A stretch of 64,000 nucleotides of DNA. Source: a virus. The position numbers were made by a program, and so were the translations under genes. Of the stretch, positions 58,537 through 64,000 are shown piece after piece (position 1 is the first letter of the stretch; the number at the start of each line of letters is the position of its first letter). The notes below the pieces were generated by a model. It saw only the letters and a list, made by a program, of their open reading frames with translations. It was not told the origin of the DNA and made no database searches. The stretch spans positions 64,001 through 128,000 of IMG/VR virus record IMGVR_UViG_3300032087_004763; one strand, written 5' to 3'.

Positions 58537-59130
58537 TTAGACGCGTTCGATTTCGACATGTCCACATTTGCCTTCATCATAAAAAGTTTTCAATTTCCAT
58601 TGAGGATTATCATTTAAGAATCTTTCGATTACTTTCCATAATGCATATCCATTTTGTTTAATATCATGGAATGCAATGTATTTGTTTACACTATCAGCAT
58701 GCATTTGTAGTTCACGAGTTAAGTGAGATGGGTAATGAAGACTATCAATATGAAGCATATCCACTTTATGTACTGACTTTTTATCAGTAGAGCTACCTTC
58801 ATACATAATATATTCCATAGGATTCCTTCTCATATACTCTAGAGCAAGAGGTTCAAGGGCTTTTAGATCTTCTTTTTTATTTCCACCTCTCCATTTTTTA
58901 AGAGTAACATCAACTCCAACTATCTTTTTAGGATTCTGCATCATTAACATAATAAATGATGATCCTTGGTTAACACCTAATTCTGAAATACTTTCGCTAT
59001 CTTTAGCGCATTCTATTAATGCATTATTTCTATGCTCAGTAGTAGGAGCTACCCCATTAATAAATGTTTCTTGATAAAGACTCCATACATCTTCAAGGGT
59101 CTCAGCGGAGTTATAGTTAGTGTCTCTCAT
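58537..59130 (-). CDS. Class I SAM-dependent methyltransferase
   Basis: ELGVNQGSS, GVD, DMLHIDSLH, YIAFHD. Confidence 0.75.
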   Translation of the reverse strand: MRDTNYNSAETLEDVWSLYQETFINGVAPTTEHRNNALIECAKDSESISELGVNQGSSFIMLMMQNPKKIVGVDVTLKKWRGGNKKEDLKALEPLALEYMRRNPMEYIMYEGSSTDKKSVHKVDMLHIDSLHYPSHLTRELQMHADSVNKYIAFHDIKQNGYALWKVIERFLNDNPQWKLKTFYDEGKCGHVEIERV

Positions 59131-59138
59131 AATTATTC

Positions 59139-59402
59139 CTAGTTCTTGTAAATATTGTATAGATGAGTTTCAAATTGTTCGACCTTCTCAATACGATTTG
59201 GCCAATAAATGTATTCCTTCTCTGGATTTTTCTTTAGATTATTTAAGAGAGGAGCAACTGCATTGTATAGCTTATCGATCTTTGCTTGCATCTCTTCTGC
59301 AGTTGATGATGCAGTTTGTGCAGTCGCAGTTGCCTTTTGAACGGCTTCTAGTTCGGTCTCGTCAACAGCTGTAAAACCAAAATCAAAAAAATCTTCTGAC
59401 AT
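59139..59402 (-). CDS. Conserved hypothetical T4-like protein
   Basis: FDFGFTAVDE...PLLNNLKKNPEKEYIYWPNR; AGGAG SD. Confidence 0.8.
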   Translation of the reverse strand: MSEDFFDFGFTAVDETELEAVQKATATAQTASSTAEEMQAKIDKLYNAVAPLLNNLKKNPEKEYIYWPNRIEKVEQFETHLYNIYKN

Positions 59403-59439
59403 AATAGACTCCTTTATGGTCTATTTATCTAAAAAATAA

Positions 59440-59622
59440 AAGCGGAACGGGGAGACTAGGGTAACTCCCAAGGGGGTACTATCTGATGTACCTTTCATCT
59501 TAGACCCCCAACAACCGTGCAGCCCGCTAAGGCATTGCCGCTAAGCACTTCCAGTCTACCTTACCCCCCATCAGAGAGAGGTATTCGGTCACGTTCCTAT
59601 CGGCGCTGCAGGCACCGAACTC
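59440..59622 (-). ncRNA. Candidate structured non-coding RNA (~180 nt) immediately 3' of tRNA-Arg
   Basis: GC-rich non-coding island with nested helices (TCGGTGC/GCGCCGA, GGAACG/CGTTCC, AGACTGG/CTAGTCT, GGGGGT/ACCCCC) ending in a U-rich tract. Confidence 0.65.
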
Positions 59623-59698
59623 TGGCCTCGTCGGCAGGATTCGAACCTGCGACCCTCTGCTTAGAAGGCAGATGTTCTATCCACTGAACTACGACGAG
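59623..59698 (-). tRNA. tRNA-Arg (anticodon TCT) with encoded CCA
   Basis: CTCGTCG acceptor stem, AGTTCAGTGGATAGAAC D arm, TCTGC-CTTCTAA-GCAGA anticodon arm, GCAGGTTCGAATCCTGC T arm, G-CCA end. Confidence 0.96.
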
Positions 59699-59701
59699 TA
59701 A

Positions 59702-59769
59702 AACTTATAAGGATGGCTACTCCTACAGAGAGAGGAGAGAGATGGCAGAAGTAGCCATTCTTATAAGTT
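59702..59769 (-). other. 25-bp hairpin with an 18-nt pyrimidine-rich (CUCUCCUCUC) loop
   Basis: AACTTATAAGAATGGCTACTTCTGC-CATCTCTCTCCTCTCTCT-GTAGGAGTAGCCATCCTTATAAGTT. Confidence 0.75.
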
Positions 59770-59957
59770 CACACCGGATTCCGATTGATATAGGAATCCA
59801 CAATTTCTTTAAAGTTGTTGAGTGTGATCTCACCCCACTCATTCAAACTAATTCTCTGACCGTTCTCACGAAACTCCATGTAACGGTCAACAATAACTAA
59901 TTCATCTAGCTCAAGCTTATAGACGAATCCTTTATACGCATACAATGACTGTGCCAT
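59769..59957 (-). CDS. Small hypothetical protein
   Basis: 62 aa, TAATG-coupled, GGAG SD. Confidence 0.65.
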   Translation of the reverse strand: MAQSLYAYKGFVYKLELDELVIVDRYMEFRENGQRISLNEWGEITLNNFKEIVDSYINRNPV

Positions 59958-60373
59958 TATACCATCTCCTCTAAGTAAGCATAAGCTTCGTATGGAAGAG
60001 GCTCGCAGTCATCTGGAAGGCCTTTCTTCATTTCGGCCTCATAAGCCTCGGCCTCTTTCTCGAGCTCATACTGCTCGTTAAGCTGCTTAACGATATTATC
60101 GTAAGTAGCCTTTAACTCCTCGAGAGTCTTCTCGTCCCAATCGAAACGTAAGCGGCAGCCATACAGCTCCTTTGAAGCATCGCTGATATTGTTGATCAAC
60201 GAGTTACGCTCGAAGTCCTCGACCGTAAAGATGCCCATCTCGTTCCAATGCGAGATATCGTCAGTCCACTTTGACATCCACAGACCAGGCTCCTGAGCCA
60301 TCATCACGTCTGCGTGAGCATTCAAAGACTCGATGTGCTGAAGTAATGTAGTCATATTCATATCCTCTCTCAT
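59957..60373 (-). CDS. Hypothetical early protein (start may be at MNM or MTT)
   Basis: Downstream of a promoter and GAGG SD. Confidence 0.75.
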   Translation of the reverse strand: MREDMNMTTLLQHIESLNAHADVMMAQEPGLWMSKWTDDISHWNEMGIFTVEDFERNSLINNISDASKELYGCRLRFDWDEKTLEELKATYDNIVKQLNEQYELEKEAEAYEAEMKKGLPDDCEPLPYEAYAYLEEMV

Positions 60374-60384
60374 TTGATGTAACC

Positions 60385-60413
60385 ATTATATAGCGGGTAA
60401 ATTCAAAAGTACA
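60385..60413 (-). promoter_or_regulatory. Sigma70-like early promoter TGTACT-17-TATAAT with A-tract UP element
   Basis: AAAAAAAGTA TGTACT TTTGAATTTACCCGCTA TATAAT. Confidence 0.75.
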
Positions 60414-60445
60414 TACTTTTTTTCACATTATTTTTTCTTTTGATT

Positions 60446-61174
60446 TCAATGTTTTAGAGACATTTCGTAAATGTGATCGTATAAGTTGATTTCTGCTTTC
60501 CATCCAAAAAGGTTTAATACTGTTGTGTCAGCTTTGTTATCAAGTCGTTCTGTCTCACCACCAACTTCAGGTCTATAGTCGATATTAAAATACTCGGCTA
60601 TATCTGTTAGCTTATTAGTAGTACCAGTTCCTACATCGATAACACCAATGAAGTCGCTATCGATCATAGTTTGAATCGCACGTACCACGTCATCGACGTG
60701 TATGAAATCACGACTATGGTTTGTATTTAGATACTCCACCTCGTTATTCAGGATCTTTGGTATTAGCATCTCGCCTCTTGCTTGAGGACCGTATACTGTA
60801 GTAAATCTCAGTCCGACTGCATTATCATGCTCTAGTTGCTCCATGCAATATTTGCTCATCGCATAAGGATTCTTCCATGGCTCATGTGCAGTTGATGAGC
60901 TAGCATATATGATTCGAGTATCACTGTAATGTTGAAACAGCCTTTGAGTACCAATGACGTTGTTCTTCCAATATTCAGTAGGTCGATCAAGGCTATCCCT
61001 TACACCGGACATACCTGCCATGTGTACAACTAAATCTATATTATCAGGAAATTCTACTTCTAGTATGTCGTTACCGCTTTTAATATCAAGCCCGATGACA
61101 TTATGGTTTTCTGAAAAGTAACGAAACAGGTGACCACCTATAAAGCCATCACTTCCTGTTAACAAGATATTCAT
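60446..61174 (-). CDS. NAD-dependent epimerase/dehydratase (start MNILLTG at 61174)
   Basis: TGSDGFIG Rossmann motif, YASSS, YAMSK, LRFTTVYGP, RDFIHVDD. Confidence 0.92.
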   Translation of the reverse strand: MNILLTGSDGFIGGHLFRYFSENHNVIGLDIKSGNDILEVEFPDNIDLVVHMAGMSGVRDSLDRPTEYWKNNVIGTQRLFQHYSDTRIIYASSSTAHEPWKNPYAMSKYCMEQLEHDNAVGLRFTTVYGPQARGEMLIPKILNNEVEYLNTNHSRDFIHVDDVVRAIQTMIDSDFIGVIDVGTGTTNKLTDIAEYFNIDYRPEVGGETERLDNKADTTVLNLFGWKAEINLYDHIYEMSLKH

Positions 61175-61589
61175 TTTTGTATTCCTCGCACAATGTTTCT
61201 TGAAGCCGATAGGCCTCTTCTTCCCATGGTAATGCCATATACTCATCAACAGTTGAATACAATGATATGTATTCCTCACCTTTCCATGACTTAGTGAACT
61301 TATTTACATCTTTTGTTTCACCACGTGCATACTGTTTGACGTGAACCATCTCGTGTGTGATAGCAGTAATAAAGTCATCACCTTTTAGTCTACTATCTAT
61401 CTCAAGAACAAAGGATCGCTTTGACTCAGCAAGACAGTATCCGTCTGCACGATCCATGTTCTTCTCCAGATAGAGAAGAATATCAAGTGTCTTCATTCGT
61501 GGCATCAACTTTTTGATACAAAATTCGATTACCATCTCTGCAGTCGTGCGCTTGAAGTGGCTGCCGCCAATTATCATAATGTCATTCAT
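61149..61589 (-). CDS. HExxH metallopeptidase-like protein
   Basis: ITHEMVHVKQY...Y..LPWEEEAY. Confidence 0.75.
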   Translation of the reverse strand: MNDIMIIGGSHFKRTTAEMVIEFCIKKLMPRMKTLDILLYLEKNMDRADGYCLAESKRSFVLEIDSRLKGDDFITAITHEMVHVKQYARGETKDVNKFTKSWKGEEYISLYSTVDEYMALPWEEEAYRLQETLCEEYKNEYLVNRK

Positions 61590-62077
61590 GCTGCAGCCTC
61601 TTTCTCTTTACGCTTCTGCTCGATCATAGGATTCACGAGATCTTGACGGAGATACCGATAGATCGTTCGGAAACATTCACCATGACCGCGGTCTTTCTTC
61701 TGCTTATTTTTCAGATAAGGTGGGAACCAGTTGACGTAGGTGTACTGAATAAAGTGAGACACCTCGTGGGCCACAAGACAAAGTAAGATGTCAAGATTAT
61801 CATTCACCTTGATACTGCCAATCACCGGATCATTGGTGAAACTCTTGTACTCACTCCACCCCGATCTACCGAACTGCCAACACAGTACGTTGATCGCAAG
61901 CTTATTATGACCAGCCCAAGAACGGCCGTTACGTCTTTTATAGACGTGCAGGCGGTTGACTGCATTCTTGACTGCAGACTTAGGAAGGTTCAACTCGTAC
62001 TTCTTCTTACGAAGATGACGGACACAGATCTTGACCATGTCCTCGACAATCTTTTCTTTATCGCGTGGTATGCTCAT
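61586..62077 (-). CDS. SprT-like HExxH protein
   Basis: LVAHEVSHFIQY...HGECF. Confidence 0.6.
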   Translation of the reverse strand: MSIPRDKEKIVEDMVKICVRHLRKKKYELNLPKSAVKNAVNRLHVYKRRNGRSWAGHNKLAINVLCWQFGRSGWSEYKSFTNDPVIGSIKVNDNLDILLCLVAHEVSHFIQYTYVNWFPPYLKNKQKKDRGHGECFRTIYRYLRQDLVNPMIEQKRKEKEAAA

Positions 62078-62244
62078 TAGCGTACCACCTTTGCAATCGC
62101 ACGTAACTCGCCTTTCACATTATCACACTTACGTGCAAGGTCGATACCTTTCATCATCGCGTGGCGCTTGCTAGTTCCGAACACACGGAAAGACTCGTGG
62201 TACATTGCGTCAGGGCCAGAAACCGTAACATCAAATAAAGTCAT
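62077..62244 (-). CDS. Small hypothetical early protein (55 aa)
   Basis: Not in the track. MTLFDVTVSGPDAMYHESFRVFG...; GAGGAG SD; TAATG coupling to the next gene. Confidence 0.7.
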   Translation of the reverse strand: MTLFDVTVSGPDAMYHESFRVFGTSKRHAMMKGIDLARKCDNVKGELRAIAKVVR

Positions 62245-62272
62245 ATTCATCTCCTCATCAATTTATGGTACC

Positions 62273-62301
62273 ATTCTATAATATAACTGAGGAAATGTAC
62301 A
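62273..62301 (-). promoter_or_regulatory. Sigma70-like early promoter TGTACA-17-TAGAAT with A-tract
   Basis: AAAAAAGATA TGTACA TTTCCTCAGTTATATTA TAGAAT. Confidence 0.72.
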
Positions 62302-62337
62302 TATCTTTTTTCAAAAAAGATTTTGTAACGTTATCAA

Positions 62338-62478
62338 TTACTTACGTTGCTTTTTTACAGAAACTATCGGATTTCCCCATAACTCGGCCGGAATATCTTC
62401 TCGACAAGGGTAGACATCTGATCGTTTTCCGATCAATGCTTCGTATGCAGCTTGTGCTTTCTTCTGATGTTCTGTCAT
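62338..62478 (-). CDS. Small hypothetical protein (46 aa)
   Basis: Not in the track. MTEHQKKAQAAYEALIGKRSDVYPC...; ATGA overlap with the upstream stop, GAGG SD. Confidence 0.5.
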   Translation of the reverse strand: MTEHQKKAQAAYEALIGKRSDVYPCREDIPAELWGNPIVSVKKQRK

Positions 62479-63077
62479 TTATGAACCTCGACTTTTACAT
62501 TTCTTGGTTGATCGATCTTTAGATGATTGTGTTTATGGTGTAGGATAAATTCTGTATTCTTAAATTCATCGAAGATACCACTCCATATTGGTCTCCAATT
62601 ATTATTGAGTCGGACGTTAGTGGCTTCATCTCTTGGTGACGGCAGATAAAAATCTGAACACGATCTTAGATTCATATCAAAGATAGAATCAAATCCCCAT
62701 AGATGTACGATATCCGGTTTAAATTTAGCGCATGCATAATGTGTCGCCATGTGACCACAATTAAAGTCTGTGTAGTTGTCTACATATTTCGGGAGGGTCA
62801 AATAGAACTCTTTAACCTGTGTCGACATCTTTACATACCACTCAGGTTGTTTCTCCATCCAGACCTTTGGCCTTGCGCCAAGGATCCAGTCACCTGGGAG
62901 AGTTAGTTCTTCTTTTGTGAGTGCACGCATCATCTTAAAGTCTACCATGACTGTGCCGTATGCATTTTCTACAGGGAATGGAGGTATGTTACAAGTTAAT
63001 ACAAGGCCCTTCCTTGGCTCCTCATTATAACAGTTAGCATTGTCTCCATTTCCAATAATATGAACCACTCTAGGCAT
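62475..63077 (-). CDS. Hypothetical protein, possibly glycan-modifying (start MPRVV at 63077)
   Basis: HIIGNG, TCN, NCGH.A, HLWGFDS pattern reminiscent of sialyltransferase/Maf-like folds; located in the GT cluster. Confidence 0.5.
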   Translation of the reverse strand: MPRVVHIIGNGDNANCYNEEPRKGLVLTCNIPPFPVENAYGTVMVDFKMMRALTKEELTLPGDWILGARPKVWMEKQPEWYVKMSTQVKEFYLTLPKYVDNYTDFNCGHMATHYACAKFKPDIVHLWGFDSIFDMNLRSCSDFYLPSPRDEATNVRLNNNWRPIWSGIFDEFKNTEFILHHKHNHLKIDQPRNVKVEVHK

Positions 63078-63772
63078 TATCTTCTCCAATACTCTGAAAT
63101 CCAATCAACTGGCTTATATGTAGCTAATGGTGTTGTGATCGGTACACTCATTGCTTGTTCAATACTTGGCCGACCATGAAAACATATAATAGAAGTTTTC
63201 TTGTCAGGCCTGTTAGGATATACTTGATACTTATATGACTTGAGTCTACCTGGATATAAGTGCTGTAATAGATCTCTTCGTAGAGGCGACATATAGTGAT
63301 TAAGTAGTTCACCATCACCACGAAAATGCTTTTGATTCTCTTGCATTGACTGACTTAAATTTGACCATATGTCAGTATTCATTCTTGAATCAAATGCCAT
63401 GACGCCTGTTTGTAGCACATTTTTAAGATGAGGTTGATGAGAATTGACTGCTCCAACATCTTCAATACCCATAAACTTACCGTCATAATTCATTAGCCAG
63501 TCTAAGTCTCCGGTGATCAACGTATCAAGATCAAAGTACACAACACGATCACTTAGTCTCCATTTTGAATTGAATAGCTGTAGTTTATTCCACCATCCTT
63601 CGTATCCTTCGTCTAAAATACGAAAATCAACCTTCGGAAGCACATGATCAGTAAAACAAATAAACTCATGGTCAACAGTGGTATTACGTTCTACCATTGC
63701 TTTCAGGTTTAACACATAATCGTCAGAGAATTTATTTCCCCACGACACACATACTACACTTACCTTACTCAT
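63077..63772 (-). CDS. Putative glycosyltransferase (WNK...DxD family)
   Basis: VCVSWGNKF, FICFTD, GWWNKLQLF, YFDLDTLI, ICFHGRP. Confidence 0.75.
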   Translation of the reverse strand: MSKVSVVCVSWGNKFSDDYVLNLKAMVERNTTVDHEFICFTDHVLPKVDFRILDEGYEGWWNKLQLFNSKWRLSDRVVYFDLDTLITGDLDWLMNYDGKFMGIEDVGAVNSHQPHLKNVLQTGVMAFDSRMNTDIWSNLSQSMQENQKHFRGDGELLNHYMSPLRRDLLQHLYPGRLKSYKYQVYPNRPDKKTSIICFHGRPSIEQAMSVPITTPLATYKPVDWISEYWRR

Positions 63773-64000
63773 AAAATTTCATACACCGAATCATAATTAT
63801 GTTTAGCTATACATCCATGTTCTTTTTGAATCGTAGTAAACTTATCGTCAGCTTCGATTGGCCACGGAAAATACTCTTTAATAAAAGGGAATGTTTGGTT
63901 ATTCATGAATAAATCTACATGACATGGATTGAGTTCTGAGTGAATTAATAATTCATGTGCTGCAGCCGGAGTTATCATGTAAGCATGCGCTCCTGGCATA
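63769..64000 (-). CDS. GT25-like glycosyltransferase, C-terminal fragment (runs off window end)
   Basis: GAHAYMITPAAA.EL...VD motif typical of GT25. Confidence 0.65.
   Translation of the reverse strand, partial: MPGAHAYMITPAAAHELLIHSELNPCHVDLFMNNQTFPFIKEYFPWPIEADDKFTTIQKEHGCIAKHNYDSVYEIL

Noticed and set aside
59440-59622. tmRNA, RNase P RNA or a second tRNA
   Set aside because: No T-loop/CCA acceptor, tag reading frame or RNase P conserved motifs visible.

Overview
64 kb of a T4-like myophage genome, AT-rich, resembling marine or aquatic T4-like phages. Host is unknown, but AGGAG-type Shine-Dalgarno use suggests a non-Bacteroidetes host. The minus strand carries the late structural module: fibre and collagen proteins, portal gp20, tube gp19, sheath gp18, terminase gp17/gp16, neck gp15/14/13, long fibres, four tandem LamG-like lectin genes, a split VrlC/DUF4815-like protein, and baseplate gp8/9/7/6/25/5/53/48. 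A plus-strand block holds gp4, gp2, gp54-like, gp26, gp51 and a tape-measure-like gene. It is followed by gp32, gp33, tRNA-Arg(UCU) with flanking structured RNAs, and early accessory genes. Many modifying enzymes are interleaved: about six glycosyltransferase-like genes, two methyltransferases, a radical SAM protein, an NAD-dependent epimerase, a fatty-acid desaturase and several 2OG-Fe(II) oxygenases. The strongest unexplained signal is a pervasive Asp-Ser (DSA/DSD/DSS) motif in likely outward-facing virion proteins that is absent from the tail tube, terminase, gp2 and gp32. Together with the enzyme set, it suggests a phage-encoded, sequon-directed virion O-glycosylation or modification system (inference). 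Other notable items are a T TTT TTA -1 frameshift candidate joining gp26 to gp51, an in-frame TAA inside gp6, a ~180-nt structured RNA 3' of the tRNA, an anti-SD-loop hairpin, and a TGTACW-N17-TAKAAT promoter class. All family calls come from reading motifs and synteny; no searches were run.
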